From Candidatus Woesearchaeota archaeon (GTDB lineage Archaea; Nanobdellota; Nanobdellia; Woesearchaeales; GCA-2686295): a stretch of 64,000 nucleotides of DNA. A model generated the notes under the pieces. The model made no database searches. It had not been told where the DNA came from and saw only the letters and a list, made by a program, of their open reading frames with translations. Below, one piece after another: positions 19,244-28,894 of this stretch. The stretch lies in assembly GCA_013202845.1 (NCBI GenBank), contig JABMPT010000008.1, positions 5,415 through 69,414 of the forward strand. Direction: 5' to 3'. Each line of letters starts with the position of its first letter. The stretch's first letter is position 1. The position numbers were made by a program, and so were the translations under genes.

Positions 19244-19368
19244 TTTAATACTATCTTTCTTATTTAATTTTTTCTATCCCTTCCTTCTATAATCTTTAAC
19301 AACTTTCTCTTTTTATTATTTTAATCTTTCAAAAATCAATCTTTTTTAGAAAGGGAAGTGGAACCTTA

Positions 19369-19923
19369 CTACGAATTATTTGATATTGGAATAACTTTAG
19401 GTTCTTCATAACCATCTTTAAACATGTAAAGTAGTTTTTTCTCAGAATCCAAGAATAAATCTCTTCTCCTAACTTCTTCATTAGATTCAGGTTCTACTTG
19501 TTTATGTTGAATATTTTGAAAACCAAGATGATTAAGAGCTTCCTCAATTCTTGAGGGATGAGCTGCAAAATAATCTGGATCGTATATATTCATTATCTGT
19601 ATACTGTCCTTATCAACATACAATTGGTTAATATCAATTTCCTCCTTAAGTGACCTATTTGTTATATTTTCAATTCTGTGATCGTTAACAAACATATCCC
19701 ATGGAGATATTAATTCTGAAATATGTGCTAAAGTACTAGGACCACTATATTCTGGGACAAAAATGATGCCATTACATTTAGCGAATGTATCTGACCATAT
19801 ATATCTTTTTTCTCTGGAACTTCTTATTCCATTTGTGCCAACAAATTCTATTATTTCATCTAATTCGTTTTCTTTACACTTACCTGTAATTTCAAGTATC
19901 TTGTCAATATGATCATAATACAT
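19369..19923 (-). CDS. hypothetical protein
   Basis: Shared promoter block upstream. Confidence 0.4.
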   Translation of the reverse strand: MYYDHIDKILEITGKCKENELDEIIEFVGTNGIRSSREKRYIWSDTFAKCNGIIFVPEYSGPSTLAHISELISPWDMFVNDHRIENITNRSLKEEIDINQLYVDKDSIQIMNIYDPDYFAAHPSRIEEALNHLGFQNIQHKQVEPESNEEVRRRDLFLDSEKKLLYMFKDGYEEPKVIPISNNS

Positions 19924-19944
19924 AGTTAAAAGAAACTAGAACAA

Positions 19945-19995
19945 TTTTTTAAAGGTTTTACTAAATATCCCTTCCTCTACAACCTTTATATAATC
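19945..19995. promoter_or_regulatory. bidirectional promoter block: TTTTTTAAAGGTTTTA (for minus gene 19369-19923) plus TTTATATA box (for plus gene at 20016)
   Basis: AT-rich TATA-like elements about 25-30 nt upstream of both divergent starts. Near-identical blocks at 22168-22183, 31067-31083, 34533-34549 and 35044-35063, each about 20-30 nt upstream of minus-strand starts. Confidence 0.5.
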
Positions 19996-20015
19996 ATCTT
20001 CTTTTCTTTTTCGTT

Positions 20016-20486
20016 ATGAAGAGTTTTTCAAAAGATGAAATTGAGGGAACTAGAAACTTCTTTAGAAATAAAAACTTTCAAGAAGTGGATGTATCTTTAG
20101 GTGATAGAACCTTTAGTTATTTTGTAGTCCCTCAATCTCAAGAACCAAACTTAGTTAACTTTGTTGTTCGTTTAACAGGAAAACCTGAGGATGGTTATGT
20201 TCTGGGCATTTCAGACAGCGTTGATTCAAGATATAGGCAGTATGCTGTGGTTCATGAATTCATAGAGTTCGTTGAGATAGGTATCAACACTAAAGATAGA
20301 TGTGTAAAAGCTTTAGATGAAGAATTAAAATTGGTTCCTGAGGACTTAAAGCCTGATTACATTAGGATGAGAGCTGAATTCTTTAGAAATCTGATTCCTT
20401 TCTGTTCAAAACAGCCTGAGTTCTATACAAACGATGATTTGAATCAATTCAGAAAGAATCTTGCTAAATTAGAAGAGTTAGTATAA
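20016..20486 (+). CDS. hypothetical protein, paralog A (family duplicated at 32895-33365)
   Basis: About 85% amino-acid identity to the second copy; TTTATATA box about 25 nt upstream. Confidence 0.5.
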   Translation: MKSFSKDEIEGTRNFFRNKNFQEVDVSLGDRTFSYFVVPQSQEPNLVNFVVRLTGKPEDGYVLGISDSVDSRYRQYAVVHEFIEFVEIGINTKDRCVKALDEELKLVPEDLKPDYIRMRAEFFRNLIPFCSKQPEFYTNDDLNQFRKNLAKLEELV

Positions 20487-20521
20487 GGTCCCTCTATTGC
20501 TTTCTATAATAACCCTCACAA

Positions 20522-20890
20522 CTATTCTTCTTCAATAATCATCTTTGCGAAGGTTTCATAATCAGTTTCAATGATTATTATTTTATATCCAAAAGCCAGA
20601 CCTATATCCATTCCTTTTTTTACTTCACCATTATGAGTGTATTCTAATTCTACTCCTAATCCTGACCATATGCACTTTGCGCCTCTAGGACATGGCGAAT
20701 TATAGAATTCAAGGATTTTCACTTCAAAATCAACATCTTTAATTATTGCCGTTTGATTTAAGTGCAATATGAATTCTTCATTTAAGTTAACGTAAATATC
20801 TTCATAATGTTGAGTGTCAGGTGTTTTCTGGCTACAACCAGCTATTATAATAGAAACCATTATAACAACAATTATTAGCGACTTATTCAT
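20522..20890 (-). CDS. lipoprotein
   Basis: Signal peptide plus lipobox IAGCS. Its 3' terminal 43 bp is copied at 23111-23153. Confidence 0.45.
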   Translation of the reverse strand: MNKSLIIVVIMVSIIIAGCSQKTPDTQHYEDIYVNLNEEFILHLNQTAIIKDVDFEVKILEFYNSPCPRGAKCIWSGLGVELEYTHNGEVKKGMDIGLAFGYKIIIIETDYETFAKMIIEEE

Positions 20891-20950
20891 AGATCATAAC
20901 TTAAGATAGAAAATATATAAATATTGTCATAACTTCTAACTTGTTAAGAA

Positions 20951-22147
20951 TTAAAAACTTTCTTGCGCCTCTCTTTTGCATTGTCTGTACAACTCGTTAG
21001 ATGGGTCTAGTTCTATTGCTCTGTCATAGTTCGGTATTGCTTCTTCTAGTTTTCCTTGGTCGACTAGTGTTTCTGCTTTATTAATCCATGCGTTTGAAAA
21101 TGTTGGGTCTAGTTCTATTGCTCTGTTATAGCATTTTATTGCTTCTTCTAGTTTTCCTTGGTTGACTAGTGTTATTCCTTTGTTGCTCCATGCTGTTGCG
21201 TCTTTTGGTTTTATTTCTATTGCTTTATCAAAACATTCTATTGCTTCTTCTAGTTTTCCTTGGTCGTATAGTGCTGCTCCTTTGTTGTTCCAAGCAAGTC
21301 TATGTTTTGGCTTTAGGCTTATTGCTTTGTCATAGTTTTTTATTGCTTCTTCTAGTTTTCCTTGTTTTCTTAGTGTTAATCCTTTGTTGTTCCATGCCAA
21401 CGCGAGTTTTGGTTTTATGTTGATTGCTTTGTCATAGCATTCAATTGCTTCTTCAAATCTTTTTAAGTTTTTCAGCGCTACTCCTTTGTTGTTCCATGCT
21501 GTTGCGTATTTTGGTTTTATGTTGATAGCTTTATCATAGCATTCTATTGCTTCTTCTGGCTTTCTTTGGTCGGCTAGTGTTATTCCTTTGTTGTTCCATG
21601 CTCCTGTGTATTTTGGGTTTAGTTTTATTATTTTATCATAGCATTGTATTGCTTCTTCTAGTTTTCTTTGTTTTCTGAGTGCGTTTCCTTTGTTGTTCCA
21701 TGCAAATGCGTCTTTTGGGTTTAATTTTATTGCTCTGTCATAGCATTGTATTGCTTCTTCAAGTCTTTCCAAGTGATATAGTGTTACTCCTTTGTTGTGC
21801 CATGCGTCTGCGTATTTTGGGTTTATTCTTATTGCTTTGTCAAAACTTTCTATTGCGTCTTCTAGTTTTCCTTGGTTGTATAGTGCTACTCCTTTGTTGT
21901 ACCATGCGCCTCTGTCTTCTGGGTCTATCTTTATTGCTTTATCATAGCATCGTATTGCTTCTTCATATCTTTCCAAATTATGTAAGTTTGCTCCTTTGAT
22001 AATCCATGCGTCTGCGTCTCCCTGCCCCATTGCTAGCAAGAACCAATTTTTAAGTCTTTTTGTTATCTTTTCTTCTTTTATTTTAATTTCTATCTCTGCC
22101 AACTCTTCAAATTCTCTTTCCAGGTTTAAGTCTTCATCCAAAGTCAT
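20951..22147 (-). CDS. TPR-repeat protein (paralog 1)
   Basis: About ten 34-aa TPR units (AW.NKG..L......EA...Y..A....P). N-terminus shared with the other two copies. Confidence 0.8.
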   Translation of the reverse strand: MTLDEDLNLEREFEELAEIEIKIKEEKITKRLKNWFLLAMGQGDADAWIIKGANLHNLERYEEAIRCYDKAIKIDPEDRGAWYNKGVALYNQGKLEDAIESFDKAIRINPKYADAWHNKGVTLYHLERLEEAIQCYDRAIKLNPKDAFAWNNKGNALRKQRKLEEAIQCYDKIIKLNPKYTGAWNNKGITLADQRKPEEAIECYDKAINIKPKYATAWNNKGVALKNLKRFEEAIECYDKAINIKPKLALAWNNKGLTLRKQGKLEEAIKNYDKAISLKPKHRLAWNNKGAALYDQGKLEEAIECFDKAIEIKPKDATAWSNKGITLVNQGKLEEAIKCYNRAIELDPTFSNAWINKAETLVDQGKLEEAIPNYDRAIELDPSNELYRQCKREAQESF

Positions 22148-22167
22148 AATAATAGAAAGTAAAACAA

Positions 22168-22240
22168 TTTTTTAAAGGTTTTACTAAATATCCTTCCCTC
22201 TACAACCTTCAACAACTTTCTCTATTTATTATCTTTTTCA
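22168..22240. promoter_or_regulatory. copy of the shared promoter block upstream of the TPR paralog 1 start (22147)
   Basis: Same 45-bp block as at 19945-19990. Confidence 0.45.
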
Positions 22241-22344
22241 ACTCTTTTAAGAATTAACTTCTTATTTCTTCAACGAATCTACTTGCATCCTTTGGATTCT
22301 GAATAAGAATAACATCTCTATAGCTTTCTCCAAAAGTATTCCTT

Positions 22345-22923
22345 CTATTTCATTGAATCTTTAAAGTCTTGTTTTATTATTAAAATATATTTTGAGACTG
22401 TTTGTATAAGTTCGTTTGATGTCGAAAAGTTTGATCCCCTTTTTTTGTCAAAATATGTGAATAAAGTTGTTTTAATGCCTAGACTATTGAGATTCTCAAT
22501 TACTGGAACAAAATCACTATCGCAAGCTATAAGAATTATTTTTTTTATTTCTTTATGTTTTATTGGTACTGTCATTAAGTCCATTGTAAGAAATGTATCA
22601 ACCCCTTTTTGGTGATATTCTATTTTGTGGTTCTTTATTATTTTTTGGCATCTTCCTTCTCTGACAGTAATAATCTTATTATTTGATAATGTTCTTATAA
22701 AATTATCATAGTTCTCCTTTCTCTTGTTCTCATCTTTTGTTGGTTTTGATGATTGAAAAGGTGGTGCAGTGTAATAGAAAATATGTTTGCAGTATAAACC
22801 TTCTTTTTTTGAGAATATTTTTGATAAATTAAAGATGTTATTCTTCAGATATTTGCCTCTACCAAAATATTTTGATAATTTTGAGAGAAACCCTGCATCA
22901 ATAAAAACGATGGTATCTTTCAT
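22345..22923 (-). CDS. NYN/LabA-like (PIN-like) domain protein
   Basis: VFIDAGFL, GVDTFLTMDL, ILIACDSDFVPVIENL. Confidence 0.55.
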   Translation of the reverse strand: MKDTIVFIDAGFLSKLSKYFGRGKYLKNNIFNLSKIFSKKEGLYCKHIFYYTAPPFQSSKPTKDENKRKENYDNFIRTLSNNKIITVREGRCQKIIKNHKIEYHQKGVDTFLTMDLMTVPIKHKEIKKIILIACDSDFVPVIENLNSLGIKTTLFTYFDKKRGSNFSTSNELIQTVSKYILIIKQDFKDSMK

Positions 22924-23110
22924 AAGGACTCCTCCTGATTAGAAAAAAGTCATCCAGCAACCCAGAGGGATCACTGGGGATCATTTTAATAATATTAATA
23001 TTAATATCTTTATAAATATTGCTCTTTTTTAAGCTCACCATACTTTTTCTCATACATCACTTTTTTCCCTTATCCCTTCCTCTATAATCTTTCATAATCA
23101 ACTTTCCAGA

Positions 23111-23153
23111 ACTATTCTTCTTCAATAATCATCTTTGCGAAGGTTTCATAATC
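23111..23153. repeat. 43-bp exact copy of the 3' end (last 13 codons plus stop) of lipoprotein gene 20522-20890
   Basis: actattcttcttcaataatcatctttgcgaaggtttcataatc is identical at 20521-20563; flanked by a copy of the ccttcctctataatcttt promoter block. Confidence 0.7.
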
Positions 23154-23162
23154 TGTTAATAA

Positions 23163-24254
23163 TCAAATCTCCTTAACATTCAACTCAAAGAGCTCTTCAA
23201 TATTCTTAAACCTCAAGTCATCTTCAGAGCAAATAAAAGTTATGGCATGACCTTTTTTATCAATTCTCCCAGTTCTTCCAATTCTATGAATATAAAACTC
23301 TGTTCTTGTTGGAACATCATAGTTAACTACCAAGTCAACATTTTCAATATGGAGTCCTCTTGCAGCAACATCAGTCGCGACTAAAATTGGAACTTTGCCA
23401 TTCTTAAATAAATTAAGATGTTTTAGTCTTTCATTTTGAGTTAAGTTACTGCTAATAGCTCTGACAGATAGTTTATTATCATTTAGAAACTTAGCAACCT
23501 CGTGACACCTAGACCTAGTATTGCAAAAGATTAATATTTTCTCAAACTTTTTACCTGCAAGTAATTCAAGAAGAACTTCATTCTTATCTAGAATCTCAGA
23601 AAATAATTTTTCTTGAATAATATTTTTTGGAATTGGAGAGCCAATAGAAAGAAACTCATAAGGTGAGATCTCTTCATCCATAAAGGTTCTAACTTTCCCT
23701 GTGATTGTCGCAGAAGAAAGGATAAATTGAGCATCACTGCTGGCTCTTTTTTTCACATAAACACATTCATCAAAAAAGCCATCATCAAACATTTGATCGC
23801 TTTCATCAAAAACAATAAGTTTAGTTTCACCAATCTTAATTTTTTTACTATTAACATGTTGAATTAATCTTCCAGGAGTTCCAACCATTATATGATTATT
23901 CCTATCAGTTGTTTTGTAATCCTTTGAAGCTTCATGACCACCATAAAGCATTCCAACATTCAAATTAAGAGGTCTGCAAAGATTTTGAATCTCTTTTCCA
24001 ACCTGAATACAAAGCTCTCTAGTAGGAACAAGAACAATCATCTGAATACCAATCTTTTTGTTAATTTTGCTAAGAAAACCAATGGTGAAAGCCAGAGTCT
24101 TACCACTGCCAGTTCTGGAAGTAAAAACAATATTCTTGCCTTGAATAGCTAAAGGAATGACTTTTTCTTGAACTTCCAAAGCTTCTTTAAACTCCAAACT
24201 ATCAAGAGCATTAATTACTTCTTTTTTGAGACCAAGCTGTGAAAATGATTTCAT
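23163..24254 (-). CDS. DEAD-box ATP-dependent RNA helicase
   Basis: Q motif, SRTGSGKT, PTRELCIQ, DESD, SAT, HRIGRTGR. Start moved to ATG at 24254. Confidence 0.85.
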   Translation of the reverse strand: MKSFSQLGLKKEVINALDSLEFKEALEVQEKVIPLAIQGKNIVFTSRTGSGKTLAFTIGFLSKINKKIGIQMIVLVPTRELCIQVGKEIQNLCRPLNLNVGMLYGGHEASKDYKTTDRNNHIMVGTPGRLIQHVNSKKIKIGETKLIVFDESDQMFDDGFFDECVYVKKRASSDAQFILSSATITGKVRTFMDEEISPYEFLSIGSPIPKNIIQEKLFSEILDKNEVLLELLAGKKFEKILIFCNTRSRCHEVAKFLNDNKLSVRAISSNLTQNERLKHLNLFKNGKVPILVATDVAARGLHIENVDLVVNYDVPTRTEFYIHRIGRTGRIDKKGHAITFICSEDDLRFKNIEELFELNVKEI

Positions 24255-24303
24255 AGAAATAATGAGAGTAGAATATTTTAAAAGTGTTGTGGATAATAAT
24301 AAA

Positions 24304-24320
24304 GTGCCCCGAGCGGGCAT
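24304..24320. repeat. GC-rich hairpin motif GTGCCCCGAGCGGGCAT (stem TGCCC/GGGCA, loop CGAGC)
   Basis: The core 12-mer GTGCCCCGAGCG or its reverse complement also occurs at 447-463, 2031-2047, 5713-5729, 27664-27678, 32200-32213 and 32832-32845, in a genome of about 32% GC. Confidence 0.7.
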
Positions 24321-24435
24321 TAGTATCTAAACAACTTTTATTTCTTCCAATTCTGGAAAATTAATATTATTTTAAAAAGATATAGAACATCTCCCCTCAC
24401 AACATTTTTATACTCTCTCTTTAATATTCCTTCTT

Positions 24436-26367
24436 ATGAAGTTTAAATCTTTTGTTCTTGATAAGTTCCAAGAAGACTCCATAAATGCTATTCAAAATGG
24501 TTTTTCTGTTCTTGTTTCTGCACCTACTGGTTCTGGTAAGACCTTGATTGCTGATTTCATCATTGATAAATTTTTAAATGAGAATTCGAGAATTATTTAT
24601 ACTGCTCCTATTAAGGCTTTGTCTAATCAGAAATACAAGGAGTTCACTGACTCTTATGGTGAGGGGAATATTGGTTTGATTACTGGTGATTTGGTTATTA
24701 ATCCTGAGGCTCAGATTCTTATTATGACTACTGAGGTTTATCGTAACATGGCTATTGTTAAAGATCATACATTAGATTCGGTAGCATATGCTATCTTCGA
24801 CGAGATTCATTATATTAGTGATTTGGAGAGGGGTTATGTTTGGGAGGAGTCTATTATTTTTAGTCCTGATCATGTTAAGTTTTTATTTCTTTCAGCAACG
24901 ATTCCTAATTCTAAGGAGTTTGCTTCTTGGGTTGGCAGTATTAAGAGTACATCTGTTAAAATTATTGTTGATGATGTACGACCTGTTCCTTTGGAGCGTA
25001 AATTCTTTGATTCTGAGTTTGGTTTATGCTCTCTTGATGAGATTAAGAAGAAGAAAGAGCTTGATAACATTCCTGATTATAATAGTTTGATGAAGGGCAG
25101 GCATAGGACTGCTAGGGTTCGTAAACCTGATTTTAGAGATTTAATTGCAATCCTTGACAATAAACTTCCTTGTATTTACTTTGTTTTCTCTAGAGTTAAA
25201 ACTATGGAGTATGCGGCTACATTAGCATATAAAAACCAGTACTTATCAAGAGAAGAGCAAAAACAAGCTATTTCTATTGCAAGTTCTGAATTCAATAAAT
25301 TAAATAAAGAGATTCTTTCTTTAAAGACTACTTTAAAACTTAGGGAGTGTATTCCTAAAGGGGTTGCTTTTCATAATGCTGGTATTCTTCCTGAACTTAA
25401 GCATATCGTTGAAAAACTTTTTTCCAAGGGTTTAATCAAGGTTTTGTTTGCAACTGAAACTTTTGCTGTTGGTATTAATATGCCTGCAAAAACTGTTTGT
25501 TTTGATAGTTTAAGAAAATATTCTGATTCTGGTTTTAGATATCTAACTTCTAAAGAGTACTTCCAGATTTCAGGTAGAGCAGGTAGAAGAGGTATTGATA
25601 AGAAGGGTTTATCTGTTGCCATGATTTTTCGCCCTAGTGCCGAGCTTGGCAGAATTAAACAGTTCACTACTAAGGATGTTTTGCCTTTGCAATCACAGTT
25701 CAAGATTACTTACAACACAATTCTTAACATGATTAATCAGCATACTCCTGAGGAAAACAAAAAGATTCTTACTATGAACTTCTTTACTTATCAAAAACTT
25801 AAAGGTGCAACTTCTAATAGGTTGCTAGGTTCTATTAAGGCTCGCTTTACTAAAGCATCTAACCTTTTAACTGGTTTAGGTTATATTCAGGACAATAAAT
25901 TAACTGAATTAGGTTTGTTCACTACAAAGATCTTCGGAAATGAGTTGGAAGTCTCTCAGATGTTTAAGGGTGACTTGGAACTTGATGAGTATTCTATTTT
26001 GTTATTACTTGCATCTCTAGAATATGAGGGTAAAAAAGAAACTATTTTTCAGAAAACTTTTGAAAATGCAAATACAAGAAAGCTCTATAAGCAAATTCAA
26101 TCAAACTCAGTCCTTAGACGCGGTGATTGGCCTAGGAACATTGATAAGCTAACTGCAATCATTCACCCTTTATATCATGGTAAGAAGTTCACAGAGATTC
26201 TTAAGAATACAAACTTGCTTGAAGGTGACTTAATAAGAATCTTAATGCGATTAATGGATAAGCTAGAACAAATAGGTAAAGCTTCAAATGATAAAAAATA
26301 TTTGCTCATGGTTAAAAATTGCAAACAAATAATCAGAAATTCTCTTGAAGGAATACATTTGTTTTAG
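24436..26367 (+). CDS. Ski2/Hel308-like superfamily-2 helicase
   Basis: APTGSGKT, DEIH, SATIPN, QISGRAGRRG, with a C-terminal helical domain. Confidence 0.7.
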   Translation: MKFKSFVLDKFQEDSINAIQNGFSVLVSAPTGSGKTLIADFIIDKFLNENSRIIYTAPIKALSNQKYKEFTDSYGEGNIGLITGDLVINPEAQILIMTTEVYRNMAIVKDHTLDSVAYAIFDEIHYISDLERGYVWEESIIFSPDHVKFLFLSATIPNSKEFASWVGSIKSTSVKIIVDDVRPVPLERKFFDSEFGLCSLDEIKKKKELDNIPDYNSLMKGRHRTARVRKPDFRDLIAILDNKLPCIYFVFSRVKTMEYAATLAYKNQYLSREEQKQAISIASSEFNKLNKEILSLKTTLKLRECIPKGVAFHNAGILPELKHIVEKLFSKGLIKVLFATETFAVGINMPAKTVCFDSLRKYSDSGFRYLTSKEYFQISGRAGRRGIDKKGLSVAMIFRPSAELGRIKQFTTKDVLPLQSQFKITYNTILNMINQHTPEENKKILTMNFFTYQKLKGATSNRLLGSIKARFTKASNLLTGLGYIQDNKLTELGLFTTKIFGNELEVSQMFKGDLELDEYSILLLLASLEYEGKKETIFQKTFENANTRKLYKQIQSNSVLRRGDWPRNIDKLTAIIHPLYHGKKFTEILKNTNLLEGDLIRILMRLMDKLEQIGKASNDKKYLLMVKNCKQIIRNSLEGIHLF

Positions 26368-26445
26368 ATAAAGTCATCTGATTTCATAAAGAATAATAGG
26401 TAAGTATAATATAAAAAGTTTTTGAAAATAAAGTAAATCTGATTC

Positions 26446-27282
26446 TTAACCCATGACTTGTTCGGGAAAAGCATTTTGTGTAGAACCAATTCTTTTCATG
26501 ATGTTAACATAGTATTTATTATTTATATGAGGATATTTTTTAATTAAGGACACATATTCGGATTTTAAAGTTTTAATGTCAGTTGAAGTGTGACCTTTTA
26601 ATTGTTCAAAGATTGAAGGATTACAAACTGCTGCTCGTCCAATCATAACTCCTTTTACACCTAGTTTTTTCATATAATTTACTTTTTCAACAGAGTCTAT
26701 ATCACCATTTGCAATTATGGTTTTTCCCGTATCTACACATTCAGGATAGATTTTATCGTCCGCCTTTGACTCATAGTCTTCCTTACCATGTCTTGCATGA
26801 ATTATGAAAAAGTCAGCGTCAACATTTTTTAGTAAATTAAGATAAACAAATTTTTCTTTTTCATACTGGTTCAATCCTAAACGCATTTTTATAGAGCAAG
26901 AAAAGCCATTATTCTTTACTATTTGAACTAGTCGATTAACTTTTGATATTCTTTTCATCAAAGCACAACCTAAGCCAATTTTTATTAGGTGAGGACTTGG
27001 ACAACCAAGATTAAAATTTATTCCTTGAAAACCTTCTGTTGGTTTAAATTTTTTTAAGAAAAGTTTAAGATGATCTTCGTTCTTGGCAGCTAATTGTATC
27101 TGTGTAGGAACATTGTTTAGAATCTCAATTCTTCTCTCTGTACTCTTATTGTTTCTTATCAAACCAGTCAATCGAGTCATCTCAGTAAAAGTAAGATCAG
27201 CTCCATGATTAAAACAAAGCTCTCTAAAAGCATTATCAGTATAATCCTCCATAGGTGCAAGCATGAACTCAAAATCTTTCAT
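26446..27282 (-). CDS. tRNA-dihydrouridine synthase (Dus family)
   Basis: MLAPMEDYTD, NLGCPSP, TIM-barrel pattern. Confidence 0.75.
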   Translation of the reverse strand: MKDFEFMLAPMEDYTDNAFRELCFNHGADLTFTEMTRLTGLIRNNKSTERRIEILNNVPTQIQLAAKNEDHLKLFLKKFKPTEGFQGINFNLGCPSPHLIKIGLGCALMKRISKVNRLVQIVKNNGFSCSIKMRLGLNQYEKEKFVYLNLLKNVDADFFIIHARHGKEDYESKADDKIYPECVDTGKTIIANGDIDSVEKVNYMKKLGVKGVMIGRAAVCNPSIFEQLKGHTSTDIKTLKSEYVSLIKKYPHINNKYYVNIMKRIGSTQNAFPEQVMG

Positions 27283-27433
27283 AAATAAAAGTTTTGAGAA
27301 CTAGTTTAATAAAGGTATTGAATTAAAGCAAAAAATGAGCTTTATACCGAGTTGTTTATAAAGAGAGGATGTTATTTAATAGTTAGAAAGTATTATTTAG
27401 AAAATAAATAATATTAAACGAGGAAAAATTAAA

Positions 27434-27604
27434 ATGGAAGGACGAAATAGAAGCGGCGGAAGATTTAACGACTCCCCAAGAGAAATGCATAAAGCAACGT
27501 GTGCTGATTGCAAAAATGAATGTGAAGTACCATTCAAACCTACAGAAGGTAAACCTGTCTACTGTAAAGAATGTTTTTCAAAACGTAAACCACAAAGATT
27601 TTAA
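27434..27604 (+). CDS. small zinc-ribbon protein (C-x2-C ... C-x2-C)
   Basis: 56 aa, CADCKNEC...PVYCKECF. Not in the ORF track. Confidence 0.35.
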   Translation: MEGRNRSGGRFNDSPREMHKATCADCKNECEVPFKPTEGKPVYCKECFSKRKPQRF

Positions 27605-27700
27605 TTTCTAAGATTTTTGAATTACATAATTTTTTTATTCTAAGTTTTCTAACCAAAATAAGAGTGCCCCGAGCGCATCAAAAAGACTATTTTGTTTTGG

Positions 27701-28795
27701 TTATTGTTCAGGAAGTATTCCGTTTTCAAGATAGGTTTTGATTTCGAGAAGGCTTAGCCCTGCAAGCCCCAAGGTTTTAAGGCTGCGTTTTTTCTGGGCG
27801 AAATAATCAATATCTAATATTGCGGAACCAATAGCGACCATAGCCTGTGCTGTAGGTGTGGGAACATTAAGAAGCTCGCCCATTTCACAGTATAATACTA
27901 GCCCAAAGCCTATGTCTTCATGAAAATAGCGGTGATCTAATGTATTGGGACTGGTGAAACCAGCAAATCCCTTACCATTTTTATAACATTCTAGATAGTC
28001 CGTGCTTTCTGCATACCCTTGAGCCACGCAGGTCTCTGGATCAGGTCGAGCTGAATATCCAAAAGCCCTGAGAATGGCCATGCGTTCTTCATCAAGTTTT
28101 TTGATTAGCTTGGCTACCGAAGATGATAACCCTTGATTATAGAAAAGCATATCTTCATTTTCAAACCGTGCTCCATTTAAAAGGGCTATGGGTGGATGAA
28201 TCACGGGGTTAGCATTATTTAATCCTGCTTCAAGCACGCTTTTAGCACGCACAAGTCCCGGAAACAGTTTTTCAAGTGACGGTCCTACTTCATCGATTCT
28301 ATTGGCGGGAAAAGTACTGTATAAAACTCGTCCAACCTTCACTGCAATATTAATCTTGTTCCCTTTTGCTCGACATCCATAAGTAAGGGTATGAAATTCT
28401 CCAAGAAGCGGCAGTTCCTTCAAGCCCCTTTTACGAAATATATTGGCAAGATATAGTGATCCGCCGGTTGATCCTGGATTGAGTATAACACATTGCTCTG
28501 GTTTTACAAGAGAGGTAAGTTCCTGCCCTACTCTTTCGTGCGTGAGAGCCTGAGTACAGATCATAATCATGTCTGCACCGTTAACTGCTTTGGCCAAATC
28601 AGATGTAATAAACTCTAATTGGGCTGTTCCCTGTACTGCTCCTTGCAAAGTAATTTGAGGTTTTTCTTTGAGCATGTCAATATTAGCTGCATACTCAGGA
28701 AACTCGAAGAGCCGTACTTTTTTCCCCTGTAGAGCCAGGTCTCCAGCTGCAGCTTTACCACCATTACCAGCCCCAATTATTGCTATAGTTTCCAT
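27701..28795 (-). CDS. NAD(P)-dependent opine dehydrogenase-like oxidoreductase
   Basis: Rossmann motif IAIIGAGNGG; length and helical C-terminus as in octopine/nopaline dehydrogenase. Start moved to ATG at 28795. GC-richer than the flanks. Confidence 0.5.
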   Translation of the reverse strand: METIAIIGAGNGGKAAAGDLALQGKKVRLFEFPEYAANIDMLKEKPQITLQGAVQGTAQLEFITSDLAKAVNGADMIMICTQALTHERVGQELTSLVKPEQCVILNPGSTGGSLYLANIFRKRGLKELPLLGEFHTLTYGCRAKGNKINIAVKVGRVLYSTFPANRIDEVGPSLEKLFPGLVRAKSVLEAGLNNANPVIHPPIALLNGARFENEDMLFYNQGLSSSVAKLIKKLDEERMAILRAFGYSARPDPETCVAQGYAESTDYLECYKNGKGFAGFTSPNTLDHRYFHEDIGFGLVLYCEMGELLNVPTPTAQAMVAIGSAILDIDYFAQKKRSLKTLGLAGLSLLEIKTYLENGILPEQ

Positions 28796-28894
28796 TGTAA
28801 GAAGGAAAACAAATATGACGATATATAAAATCATTGTTTTAATTTATTTTCATCAGAGAATTAATCTTCTGGAATGTAGCCATGACCTGTTGAT

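Noticed and set aside
21169-21999. Antisense/alternate-frame Leu/Cys-rich ORFs inside TPR genes (21169-21423, 21679-21999, 30399-30905, 34608-35000)
   Set aside because: These are artifacts of the repetitive TPR codon pattern. The sense TPR frames have clear 34-aa periodicity and conserved N-termini.
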